Shown here in pieces: positions 28,701 to 40,751 of a stretch of 64,000 nt of DNA. The stretch lies in NCBI GenBank assembly GCA_951406725.2, contig OX597831.1, positions 40,362,001 through 40,426,000 of the forward strand. The letters run 5' to 3'. How positions within the stretch are numbered: the first letter of the stretch is position 1; every line of letters begins with the position of its first letter. Under the pieces are notes generated by a model. The model was not told the origin of the DNA and made no database searches. It worked only from the letters and a program-made list of their open reading frames with translations. A program made the translations under genes and the position numbers. This DNA is from Octopus vulgaris. Its lineage: Eukaryota.

Positions 28701-28892
28701 TAGAAATACGGCAACAAAAAGGTTTTCACTTTTTTTTTACCAAACAGCCGGAAACTGTTCGTGATTTTAAGAAACGAACTTCCGGTTTAAAGTAATCTAA
28801 TTTAAAACCTTCCATCAAAAGTTTATGTTAAATTCATGTTCCAGACAACAGCTTAATAACGACAAAATTATTTTACTAAATTATTCATCTCT

Positions 28893-29085
28893 TGATAACC
28901 GATGTTGGTGTGTTTACGTCCACGTAACTTAGCAGTTCGATGAAAGCGACTGGTAAAATAAGTACCAGGCATAAAAAAATTAAAATATGTCTTGGGGTCG
29001 ATTAGTTTGGCTAAAATTCCTCAAGGCGGTGCCCCAGCATGGCCGCAGTCTAGCGACTGAAATAGGTAGAAGAATAAATGAGTAA
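28893..29085 (+). mobile_element. SINE family B, 3' half
   Basis: Colinear with family B tail. Confidence 0.75.
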
Positions 29086-29517
29086 AAGATTTTTCCAAAG
29101 TTGATGAAACAAAAGCAGCGTATTTTCACAGAAAAATAGTAACAAAATGGTCGAACTTTAGTGTGCGCCACATACCATCACATTTGGACGTCTTCCATCT
29201 ATGAACTTCTTAAAGTTAGGTTCACAAATACCCGGAGCTTTTCCCCTTATTGTCTGTCTGTCTTTGTAAACAGATACGTACGTATTTCCGCTTATGAGAA
29301 CTTAATATACTTTATATTATTTCTAGGGCAATCTGGTTGATGACGAGAAGTAATATGACCGGCGTCTTTCTGAAGCAGTATATCAACTTGCATATATAAC
29401 ACGGCTGAGATATCAACGCAAATATGTTTGACACAACTCGCAAAGAAGACAATGCAGGTAATTTTGGACATATTTACACATTTGCTTGTCACTTAGTCAC
29501 AATCAGCTCTGATTTCC

Positions 29518-29610
<93 letters not shown>

Positions 29611-29618
29611 CTTTGTAG

Positions 29619-29807
29619 AGGAGTGGCTGTGTGGTAAATAGCTTGCTTACCAACCACATGGTTCCGGGTTCAGTCCTACTGCGTAGCATCTTGGGCAAGT
29701 GTCTTCTACTATAGCCTCGGACCAACCAAAGCCTTGTGAGTGGATTTGATAGACGGAAGCCATAAGAATCCCGTCATATATATGTATATATCTATATATA
29801 TATATAG

Positions 29808-29841
<34 letters not shown>

Positions 29842-30395
29842 ATATGTATATGGTAAGTAGCTTGCTTACCAACCACATGGTTCCGGGTTCAGTCCCACTG
29901 CGTGGCACCTTGGTCAAATGTTTTCTACTATAGCCTCGGGCCGACCAAAGCTTTGTAAGTAGATTTGGTAGACGGAAACTGAAATAAGTCCGTCATATGT
30001 GTATGTGTGTGTGTGTGAGTGTGTGTGTGTGTGTGTGTGTGTTTCCCCCACCCCAACATCGCTTAAAAGCTGATGCTGGTATGTTTACGTCCCCGTAACT
30101 TAGCGGTTCGGGAAAAGGAAACGATTTGGTAGACGGAAACTGAAAGAAACCCGTCGTATACATATATATATATATATGTATGTATATGTTTGTGTGTCTG
30201 TGTTTGTTCCCCCAACATCGCTTGACAACCGATGCTGGTGTGTTTACGTCCCTGTACTTAACGTTTCGACAAGAGAGACCGATAGAATAAGTACTAGGCT
30301 TACAAAAAATAAGTCCTGGGTATCGATTTGCTCGACTAAAGGCGGTGCTCCAGCATGGCCGCAGTCAAATGACTGAAACAAATAAAAGAATAAAA
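29619..30395 (+). mobile_element. SINE family B cluster (two heads, rearranged body)
   Basis: Heads at 29619 and ~29850; junction GGTTCGGGAAAAGGAAACGATTTGGTAGAC. Confidence 0.88.
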
Positions 30396-30434
30396 GGACA
30401 GAAGATAAAGATTATTATTATTATTCGTATATTA

Positions 30435-30735
30435 TGGAAGGGAGAACTCTGTAAATAAAAGATGATAAGCGTAGTGGTCGGCCATCGGATGTTGATAACA
30501 ATCAACTAAGAGCCTTAGTCGAAGCCAATCCACGAACAACTGTTCGAGAGCTTGTTTCTGAATTAGACGTAACGTATACGACAATTTCCAGCCACTTGAA
30601 AAAGATTGGAAAAACAAAAATACTTCAGAAATGGGTGCCGCACGAATAGAACAACAACAACAAAATACTAACAAACAACAAAAAAAACGCCGTTTTGAAA
30701 TGTAGTGACTTGAGATGAAAACTGGATTCTTTACG
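30435..30735 (+). mobile_element. mariner transposase internal fragment
   Basis: DDKRSGRPSDVDNNQLRALVEANPRTTVRELVSELDVTYTTISSHLKKIGKTKILQKWVPHE*. Confidence 0.88.
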
Positions 30736-30791
30736 TAATATATAATTATTCAAATAATTACATAAACATAGATATATACATATGAATATGT

Positions 30792-30827
<36 letters not shown>

Positions 30828-30864
30828 TCGGTATATATGTATATATATATATATATATACTCGG

Positions 30865-31124
30865 CTCGAGGCTATAGTAGAAAACACTTGACCAAGGTGC
30901 CACGCAGTGGAACTGAACCCGGAACCATGTGGTTGGTAAGCAAGCAACTTACCACACAGCCATATATATATATAAGCTTGCTTACCAACCACATGGTTCC
31001 GGGTTCAGTTCCACTGCGTGGCACCTTGGGCAAGTGTTTTCTACTATAGCCTAGTGCCGACCAAAGCTTTGTGAGTAGATTTGGTAGACGGAAACTAAAA
31101 GAAGTCCGTCATATGTGTGTGTGT

Positions 31125-31197
<73 letters not shown>

Positions 31198-31320
31198 TCT
31201 GTCTGTGTTTGTCCCCCCCCAACATCACTTAAAAACTGATGCTGGTATGTTTACGTCCCCGTAACTTAGCGGTTCGGGAAAAGGAAACGATTTGGTAGAC
31301 GGAAACTGAAAGAAGCCCGT

Positions 31321-31358
<38 letters not shown>

Positions 31359-31568
31359 TATGTTTGTGTGTCTGTGTTTGTTCCCCCAACATCGCTTGAC
31401 AGCCGATGCTGGTGTGTTTATGTCCACCATAACTTGGCAGTTCGGCAAAAGAGACCGATAGAATAAGTACTAAGCTTACAAAGAATAAATCCTGGGTGTC
31501 GATTTGCTCGACTAAATGCGGTGCTCCAGCATGGCCCCAGTCAAATGAGTGAAACAAGTAAAAGAGTA
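30865..31568. mobile_element. Head-to-head SINE family B copies (minus 30865-30962, plus 30975-31568)
   Basis: Family B head in both orientations around a short (TA)n. Confidence 0.88.
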
Positions 31569-31681
31569 TACGTACATAAGCTAAGCTTAGCGAGTACACA
31601 TACATATATACACACGTTTATATGTACAAAATAAAATATAAATTGACGACAATTTACCCATCTCTCCTGGTGTGTGTGTGC

Positions 31682-31747
<66 letters not shown>

Positions 31748-31812
31748 TTATATATATATATAAATAAATATATACGACGGGCTTCTTTCAGTTTTACTCT
31801 TTTATTCCTCTA

Positions 31813-31849
<37 letters not shown>

Positions 31850-31853
<4 letters not shown>

Positions 31854-32131
31854 ATATAATAATTAAATAAAATATATGCATATATACATACATATATGTA
31901 CATACTTACATCTACATGTATATATACATGCATATATATGTGTGTACAGGACACCACAAATAAACGTAGAACACACTTTGTGTCGAACCAGGGACAGCTG
32001 ATGAAGGGGAATATTCTTTGTATTGTTTGTCCTGTACTCTGTTTTTTCGTTGTTTAAAAAAAGTCCGTTTCCTTGTTTGATTTCATGTTTTCGTCTCTCG
32101 TTGTGTTCTACGTTTATTTGGGGTTCCTGTA

Positions 32132-32181
<50 letters not shown>

Positions 32182-32256
32182 TGTATATATACATATAGAT
32201 GTAAGTATGTACATATATGTATGTATATATGCATATATTTTATTTATTTATTATAT

Positions 32257-32260
<4 letters not shown>
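31850..32260. repeat. Fold-back inverted repeat in (TA)n
   Basis: 31850-31975 pairs with ~32102-32260, including TACAGGACACCACAAATAAACGTAGAACACA; spacer contains CTGATGAAGGGG. Confidence 0.75.
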
Positions 32261-32305
<45 letters not shown>

Positions 32306-32306
<1 letters not shown>

Positions 32307-32426
32307 TTTATTTAAAAGCAGCAGAAATTCAACAAAACCTGTTACTCTGAGTTTCACGTTATTACTCTACCCCTGGTATTTGAATACTCTTTTTTCCACC
32401 TTGTTTCACATTTATGTGTTTACTCC

Positions 32427-32429
<3 letters not shown>
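32306..32429. mobile_element. Collapsed copy of the 44573-44795 pLTR family, in (TA)n
   Basis: 32306-32360 matches ~44646-44701 in the same orientation; 32361-32429 is the reverse complement of ~44572-44641. Confidence 0.85.
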
Positions 32430-32519
<90 letters not shown>

Positions 32520-33505
32520 GCATGAATACACACAAATACACCCATATGTATATATCCGTTTAATCTAGTAATGTATTTTTCAAACTTTGTCTTGCCTGTT
32601 CCGAATACTAAGGAGGTTTGTGAGTTGCGTGTATTGACAATGACTCAACGAAGATTTGTCTGAATTTTCAAATATTTTAATGACCTCCACACTATTTTTA
32701 CATATGTGCGTTCAATGAATGGTTATCATGTAAGTGGTCCAGAGCATGTAAGTCAATGCGCGTAATAAATATTCGTTGAATAACAACTACTGATTAAAGC
32801 CTGTGAATAGAAGAAAAATAAGCAAGCCAACAGGAAAACCGATTGACACGTATCAGATGTGAACTTGAAGCTACCCGGTTACGATATGTTTGCCACAATA
32901 GGCGAGAGATGTATGAGAATAAAATAATACTAAATAACATGACCTAAATGAAGGTGCGACAGGTCTGTTTTAAGTTGAATTTTCTCGCCTGTAAATAACT
33001 GTCGGCTCAGACGATTCTAGAATCCATTTGGCAGGCAACCTGCACTATTTATTCGTCTGAAGTTCTCGCCTCGGCAGTTGGTAAAGCCAGCCAGTGCAGA
33101 TTTGTCAGAAATTATTCGAGTAGGCATTAATTAATTTTTTTTTTTATGTGGATTCTTCCTCAAATGGAAATATATTAGGTGGTGTTTCTGGACTGGGGAA
33201 AAATAGGAAAACAGTGGTTCGAATTTCACCCGGTTTCTCGCCTCATCTGTATACACATAGGATTAGAAACGCTCGCACACGCGCACATATACATGCACAC
33301 TCACGCACACGGGCACACACGCACACGGGCACACACGCACACGCACATACACAAATACAAATGCGTACACACACACACACACACACATGCATCTAAATAA
33401 ATACAGAGAGAGGAGAAAATAAACATAGATTGATATATACGCTGACACATATACACACACACACATACACACACACACACACACACACGCACGCACGCAC
33501 GCACA

Positions 33506-33551
<46 letters not shown>

Positions 33552-33657
33552 ATGTAAATATATATGTATACATATATATATGTATATATATGCATATATA
33601 TGTATATATATACATATATATGTATCTATATGTATGTATTTGTATATATATATGTAT

Positions 33658-33716
<59 letters not shown>

Positions 33717-34204
33717 AAGAAAGAAAGAGAGAGAAAGAGGGAGAGAGAGACTGATAGACAGGTTATCGTGTGGAAAATTTCGCAATTCAATACACGATCA
33801 GGTATTCGATTGAAATGCATGCATTCACAGCAACTGCATTCAACCATTACCTGAAACGAAGTAATATCGTGTGTGGGAAATTTGATAGACAGAAGCGACA
33901 TTGAAGCCCATCCTCTATGTTTCTTTCTCTCTCTCTCCCCCTTTCTCTCTCTCTCCCCCTTTCTCTCTCTTTCTCTCTCCTTTCTCTTTTACTCTCTCAC
34001 TCTCCGTCTCTCTGTACATACGCTACGTAGCACCTTGGACAAAGTGTCTTCTACTATAGCCTTGGGCCGACAAACTGGATTTCGTAGACGGAAACTGAAA
34101 GAAGCCCTTCGTATATATGTATATATTTGTGTGTGGAGGCGCAATAGCCCAGTGGTTACGACAGCGGACTCGCGGTCGTATATATATATTTATATATATA
34201 TATA

Positions 34205-34356
34205 TACCGGAGTAAGCACATAAACGTGAAACAAGGTGGAAAAAGGAGTACTCAAATACCAGAGGTAGAGTAATATGCTTTATTTAAAAGCAGCAGAAAT
34301 GTAACAAAAGCTGTTACTCGGAGTTTTATGTTCCCGTTCGTCGGACAGTTTTGTTA
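34205..34356 (-). mobile_element. Penelope-like pLTR with mutated hammerhead
   Basis: Same family as 44573-44795; minus strand AACAAAACTGT-CCGACGA-ACGGGAACAT-AAAA-CTCCGAG-TA-ACAGCTTTTGTT (GAAA mutated). Confidence 0.8.
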
Positions 34357-34547
34357 AAAAAAATCAGCAATAATAAGCTAGAGGCCTTCTATGAAACTCC
34401 ATAAATAACAACATAAAGCATAGCAACCAATCGTCAGATATAATAAATGACATCCCTAATAACTCGCCCTCAAATAGCACGGACAACGACCTGATAAATA
34501 ATAACCCCCCTCAACATAACATACGCATAGATATACTTAATAATTTA

Positions 34548-34790
34548 TGTGACTGCAGAGATAAAAAGAAGTGTCAATTCTCCAATATTTGTAAATCTAA
34601 AAATGTAATATACTAATGCGATGTACTCGCAAATAACCATAAGAAATCTTATATAAGAGAAACTAAAAACGAAATGATTCTTAGATACAAATCTCACCAA
34701 TCTAGTTTCAGAGATAGAAGTAAAGCGAACTCTACAGGACTTAGTAGCTACATTTGCGAATCGAAAGACAAAAATGTCAACTATAGTTTT
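34548..34790 (+). pseudogene. Penelope-like GIY-YIG endonuclease remnant with CxCx5Cx5C motif
   Basis: CDCRDKKKCQFSNICKSKNVIY*CDVLANNHKKSYIRETKNEMILRYKSHQSSFRDRSKANSTGLSSYICESKDKNVNY; one in-frame stop; absent from the ORF track. Confidence 0.85.
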
Positions 34791-34907
34791 TTTTTTCTTC
34801 TATAGGAAATTTGAACTGGTCCGCTGATGGGTTCTTAAATTATATAAGCTTTTCATTAAAAGGTATAAGCTTTTCATAAAAGCTTTGATCTGCGCATGTT
34901 TCATGTT

Positions 34908-35016
34908 TATCCTGATGAGGGGGTCATCGCCGTGCTGCACTTTAGTGTAAATGAACTACGGTGGTGAGCTCCCGAAATGGCCACACATATGTGAATATTG
35001 AATTTGACCGGTGATA
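34908..35016 (+). ncRNA. Degenerate extended hammerhead motif
   Basis: TATC-CTGATGA (34912-34918), long stem II GGGGGTCATCGCCGTG/TACGGTGGTGAGCTCCC, GAAA (34974-34977), imperfect stem III, GATA; cleavage triplet damaged. Confidence 0.55.
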
Positions 35017-35088
35017 TCTGTCTATTGTGAACTTTGAACGTACTTGTGTGAGGGGAGTAATAGATTTTTTGTCTGGATTCACTATATA

Positions 35089-36375
35089 TCAGGTCATCCC
35101 ATAAGTTCTGTCCAATTTTATCTTTTTAAAATTGAATGAAATTTGATAGTACTTTAGAATGCCTAATGGAATTAAAAAATAATTTTATGCTTTTGTGTAC
35201 ATTTAAACTAATTAAATATTATTTTACACAATAATAGAATTAAAATTTTTTTGATTAAAACCCTTTCTAACATGGAAGTATCCAAAGAGCATTTGAGGCA
35301 CATAATGCTTTATGAGTATTAAAAAGGAAACTCTGCAGCCGAAATGACTCGAAACATACACTCAGTTTATGGGAAAGAATACTTGAATGAAAGAACTTGA
35401 CGAAGATGGTTTGCAAAATTCAGAAGTGTAGATTTCAGCCTTCAAGATGAAGATCGAACAGGATGTCCAGTTGAGTTTGATGATAAGATCCTTGAGGCAT
35501 TACTTGAAGAAAATCCTGCGTTATCAGTCGAAGAGTTGGCAATAAAGCTTAGTTCAAATCATATAACTGTTCATCGTCATCTTCAACAACTTTGAAAGGT
35601 TCCTAAACTTGGAAAATGGGGTGCCTCATGAATTGTCCGAAAGCAACCGCAAATCCAGAGTTGACATCTGCTCTCTCTCCATTCTCGCGAACTCATTTAA
35701 CCCTTTCTGGATAGACTTGTGACTGGTGACGAAAAATGGATCTTCTATCGAAATGTTAAACGTCGTAAACAGTGGCTTGGTAAAAGGGGAAACCTCAACT
35801 ACAACCGAGAAGGGAACTTCATTGAAAAAAGGTTCTTCTCTCTATCTGGAGGGATTGCAAAGGAGTAATTCACTTTGAATTGTTACCACCTAATGCAACA
35901 ACCAATGCTCAAGTCTACTGTCAGCAATTAGAGGGTTTGAACCAAGCTTTCAAGAAAAAAAAAGACCCGCTTTAGTGAATCGAAAAGGAGTGATGTTTCA
36001 TCAGGACAATGCGCGATCCCACACTGCAAAGACCACATCACAGAAGATTGAAGAGCATGGTTGGGAAGAAATTCCTCATCCACCTTATTCTCCCGACCTT
36101 GCTCTTTCAGACTACCATTTGTTTTGTAGTTTACAGAATCATTTGGGGTACATAGCTTTCGCAAGCCAGGAGGAGATCGAAACTGACATTTCAGAGTTCT
36201 TCGCTTTGAAACCAAAAGAGTTTTGCATTGATGGGATTAAAAAGCTTGTAAACAGATGGAAGGAAGTCATAGATAATCAGAGTAAGTAAATTGATAATTA
36301 AATTTCAATTAAATATAAGATTTGATCACTTGTTATCTTTATTCAAATTTCGGCCAGAACTTATGGGATGACCGG

Positions 36376-36376
<1 letters not shown>
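35089..36376 (+). mobile_element. Full-length (~1.29 kb) inactivated mariner
   Basis: TIR TC(A/C)GGTCATCCCATAAGTTCTG with TA on both sides; transposase from ATG 35272 with VPHEL, VTGDEKW, HQDNA and HPPYSPDLALSDY motifs, several stops and frameshifts. Confidence 0.96.
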
Positions 36377-36417
<41 letters not shown>

Positions 36418-36419
<2 letters not shown>

Positions 36420-37268
36420 TCTTTACTCTTTTACTTGTTTCAGTCATTTGACTGCGGCCATGCTGGAGCACCGCCTTTAATCGAGCAACTCGACCCCGGG
36501 ACTTATTCTTTTTGTAAGCCCAGTACTTATTCTATCGGTCTCTTTTGCCGAACCGCTAAGTAACGGGGACATAAACACACCAGCATCGGTTGTCAAGCAA
36601 TGCTAGGGGGACAAACACAGACACACAAACACACACACACATATATATATATATACATATATACGACGGGCTTCTTTCAGTTTCCGTCTACCAAATCCAC
36701 TCACAAGGCTTTGGTCGACCCGAGGCTATAGTAGAAGGCATTTGCCCAAGATGCCACGCAGTGGGACTGAACCCGGAACCATATGGTTGGTAAGCAAGCT
36801 ACTTACCACACAGCCACTCCTGCGCATATATATATATATATTCCTTTATTCATTTTCTTTTACTCCTTTATTTTTTAATTGTTTCAGTCGTTTGACTGCG
36901 GCCATGCTGGAGCACCACCTTTAGTCGAGCAAATCAACCCTAGGACTTATTCTTTGTAAGACTAGTACTTATTCTATTGGTCTGCTTTGCCGAACCGCCA
37001 AGTTTACTGGGATGTAAACACACAAGCATCAGTTGTTAAGTGATGTCGGAGGACAAACACAGACACACACACACACACGCACTCACACACACACGCATAT
37101 ATATATATATACGACGGGCTTCTTTCAGTTTCCCTCTAACAAATCCACTCAAGGCTTTGGTCGGCCCGAGGCTATAGTAGAAGTCACCTGCCCACAGTAC
37201 CACGCAGTGGGACTGAACCCGGAACCATGTGGTTGATAAGCATGCTACTTACCACGCAGCCACTCCTA
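36418..37268 (-). mobile_element. Two tandem SINE family B copies (36418-36825, 36860-37268)
   Basis: Both colinear with family B consensus. Confidence 0.92.
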
Positions 37269-37765
37269 AGCAAGGACAAGCAAGCTCTGTACGTCTATTT
37301 ACACATAAAGATACATTTAATCGAAAAGAAAAATGTAAATGTTTGTGGATATTAAGAATACATAAGGCAGATTACATAAAAAAAGATATCATGAATAAAA
37401 TAGGTTGAGTTTTAAATGTCCTACGGCCGTTTCAGGTGACTTGGCGGAGAGGTTCATGCCATCATTTCAAATGTAATATGTTTTAATAGAAAAAGATTTC
37501 CCTTGAAGAAGGAGGCGGTGTTATCCAATAATGGATCCTAATATTTGTCATACGCCAGGACCACAAAGCCCCCACCCCACCCGAAATGGCAGTAGGACTC
37601 TTAAAACTCTACCTATCTTATTTGGGATAAGATAGGTAGAGATTTTTGCTATGTAAGTTGGACTATGTATTCTTAATATTCACACACATTTACATTTTTC
37701 TTTTCAATTAGATGTATCTTATTTGTGTTAATAGACGTACCTAGCTTGTTTTGTCGTTGCTTTAC
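37268..37765. mobile_element. Diverged fold-back element with degenerate hammerhead
   Basis: ~37268-37440 pairs imperfectly with ~37578-37765; left arm minus strand GAAA-CGGCCG-TA-GGAC; right arm CCTTGAAGA...GAAA-TGGCAG-TA-GGAC. Confidence 0.65.
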
Positions 37766-37876
37766 TTATATAACGGCTGAAGTTTTACTCTCTTGAGCAC
37801 ATCGAAGTGTTTCTATATACATTGACACCTGTCTCCAAAATATAAACTATACACACACACACGTGTGTGTGTGTGA

Positions 37877-37915
<39 letters not shown>

Positions 37916-37920
<5 letters not shown>

Positions 37921-38290
37921 AAATATTAGGGAATAAATCCAAACTTACAGGGAAAAATCAGATTTAGGATTGAATCCAATTTTATAGTAAAATATTATAT
38001 TATATTAAATTAGAGACAAAACCACTATTAGGCAAATCAAACAATGAAAGACTTAAGCCAATACATATGATTAATTTATATTATTTAAATATGTAACAAT
38101 TATTAAAAAATATAATTAATATCCACTATGATCGTTTCCTGCCTGCTGTCTTTAAATTTTTGAGTCGCAGTGGATATTAATTATATTTTTTAATAATTGT
38201 TACATATTTAAATAATATAAATTAATCATATGTATTGGCTTAAGTCTTTCATTGTTTGATTTGCCTAATAGTGGTTTTGTCTCTAATTTA

Positions 38291-38295
<5 letters not shown>
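37916..38295 (-). mobile_element. (TA)n-inserted fold-back element with 127-bp perfect arms
   Basis: 38001-38127 is the reverse complement of 38169-38295; unpaired tail 37916-38000; minus strand GAAA-CGATCA-TA-GTGG at the arm end. Confidence 0.75.
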
Positions 38296-38375
<80 letters not shown>

Positions 38376-38401
38376 GAAGGTTGAAAAGGAACGCACGAGT
38401 T

Positions 38402-38434
<33 letters not shown>

Positions 38435-38446
38435 TCTTTTAACCAG

Positions 38447-38831
38447 GTTTGATTACCAGAATGGTATCAGGTTTAGGAAGCAACAAATACGGTGCCGTAA
38501 ATTACGACGAATTGCTGTCAGATGTTCTGGAAAAGAAACTCGCCGCAAACGGTTCCCTCATCCACATGCAACGTTTGAAACACAAGAACCTTCAGACCAA
38601 GGAAGTCAACACGAATCGACAGCATCAACTGGCATGGAACAAAGAATTACTGAAACTGAAAGATCAGCGTCATTCTGTAGAAACGGATGTAGCACGTCTG
38701 ATCACAGAGAACTTGCAAGATTCTTCGCCGACACAATTCGTTTACAAAGAAATTGAAAACATCAAATCGGAATACAACAAAGGAATGGTAACTTTTAAAG
38801 ACCAAACAGTGACACCAGTATGGAATTTATA
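38447..38831 (+). CDS. CCDC148: Internal exon of coiled-coil domain-containing protein 148-like gene
   Basis: Acceptor TCTTTTAACCAG, donor GTGAGT at 38832; [60 protein letters not shown] aligns from memory with vertebrate CCDC148 ([36 protein letters not shown]). Confidence 0.8.
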
Positions 38832-38881
38832 GTGAGTAGCAGATATTGTTTTCAAAATTTAATTTATAAGTATGCATTGTG

Positions 38882-38937
<56 letters not shown>

Positions 38938-39204
38938 AATGTATATATACATATATATACATATACATATATATGTATGTTATACATATATGAATGTTTG
39001 TATATATGAATATATATATATATGCATATACATAAATATAAGAGAGCGACCACTATGTGGTCTACTCTAGTGCTAAAAATAGATCCGCTATGGAATAGCC
39101 TCTAAAAAATTGTCTCCGAGTAGAAATACCACAACATTTAACGTGGGGCAAATGAAAAATAACGAAAAAATAGAAATGCTTGGTGGTATGCCTATCATTC
39201 TTTT

Positions 39205-39520
39205 TGCGTCGATAAATTAAGTACCAGTTACGCATTGGGGTCGATGTAATCGACTTAATCTGTTTGTCTGTCCTTGTTTGTCCCTTCTATGTTCATCCCC
39301 TTCTGGGCAATAAAGAAATAAGAAACGTTAGCACACCGGGCGAAATGCTTAGCAGTATTTCGTCTGTCTTTACGTTCTGAGTTCAAATTCCGCCGTGGTC
39401 GACTTTGTCGTTCATACTTTCAGGGTGGATAAACTAAGTACCAGTGGCGTTTGAGGTCGATCTAATCGACTGGCCCCTTCTCCCAAAATTTCGGGCCTTG
39501 TGCCTAGAGTAGAAAAGATT
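39205..39520 (+). mobile_element. SINE family A, rearranged copy
   Basis: Family A core, partial head and 3' end. Confidence 0.85.
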
Positions 39521-39662
39521 ATTCAATAGCGAATTTATAAGTAGCTCTGATCGATTCTCACGATATCCAACTTTTGTTTTCATTCCCCCAGCGGTAGGTG
39601 ATCATTATTTTTGGGCCTTTTGCCTACAGTAGAAAAAAAATAATATAAGTAATTATGTATAT

Positions 39663-40058
39663 AGGTGCACGAATGGCTGTTTGGTAAGTAGCTTGCTTAC
39701 TAATCACATGGTTCCGGGTTCAGTCCCACTGCGTGGAACCTTGGGAAAGTGTTATCTGCTATAGCCTCGAGCCGACCAAAGCCTTGTGAGCGGATTTGCT
39801 TGACGGAAACTGAGAAGAAGCCCACCGTATATATGTATATGTATATATGTGTATGTGTTTGTCACCCCACCATCGCTTGACAACTGATGCTTGTGTGTTT
39901 ACGTCCCCGTAACTTAGCGGTTCGGCAAAAGAGACCGATAGAATAAGTACTAGGCTTACAAAGAATAAGTCCTGGGGTCGATTTGCTCGACTAAAGGCAG
40001 TGCTCCAGCATGGCCGCAGTCAAATGACTGAAACAAGTAAAAGAGTAAAGAGTAAAGA
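39663..40058 (+). mobile_element. SINE family B, full length
   Basis: Colinear with family B consensus. Confidence 0.92.
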
Positions 40059-40386
40059 ATATATCACCTCCACGCCCGTCACTGTAGCTTCTTATATGTT
40101 CATTCTCAGGATTATACTTTTCCACAGCTTACAATATCCTGGTAAGGCCATCAAGTCTCGAAAGTAACTAATTATTAAGTAGGTGACACACTCGTTGTGA
40201 ATTCAATGGAGTTTGCATCGGTTGTCGCAACTAAGTGGTTTGTCTGCATCCCTTTTACTTTTTTGCATCAAGTATTTTGTTCATCTTTTCCTTCCTGTAC
40301 AGAAACCTTATATACTACATGCTTCAATATCCACCCAATATCTTTCAAGGTTCCACTTTTGCTATTTATTTGCTGTCATTATCATT

Positions 40387-40722
40387 GAGACCCCCTTCGG
40401 TCATGACTGACCCTGGGATTGCACCTAGAAAGTTACCCTCCCAGGCACATGTCCGGGCAAGGTTGTTTATGGAAGACCAGCAGTCACCCATGCATACCGG
40501 CCTCCCATCTTCCATGCCAATAGTGTTATCCAAGGGTAAGGCAACAGCAGATACAGGTTGGCATCTGTGACGTCGCAACTCATTTCTACAGCTGAGTTAA
40601 CTGAAGCAACGTGAAATAAAGTGTTTTGCTCAAGAACACAACACGCAGCCCGGCCCGGGATTCGAACTCACAACCTCACGATCGTAAGCTCGACGCTTTA
40701 ACCACTGAGCCATGCGCCTTCA
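40387..40722 (-). mobile_element. tRNA-derived SINE family D
   Basis: Minus-strand head GAAGGCGCATGGCTCAGTGGTTAAAGCG..GAGTTCGAATCCC; homologous to 49044-49380. Confidence 0.9.
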
Positions 40723-40751
40723 CCATGCGTCATTACCATACAACATAAGAA

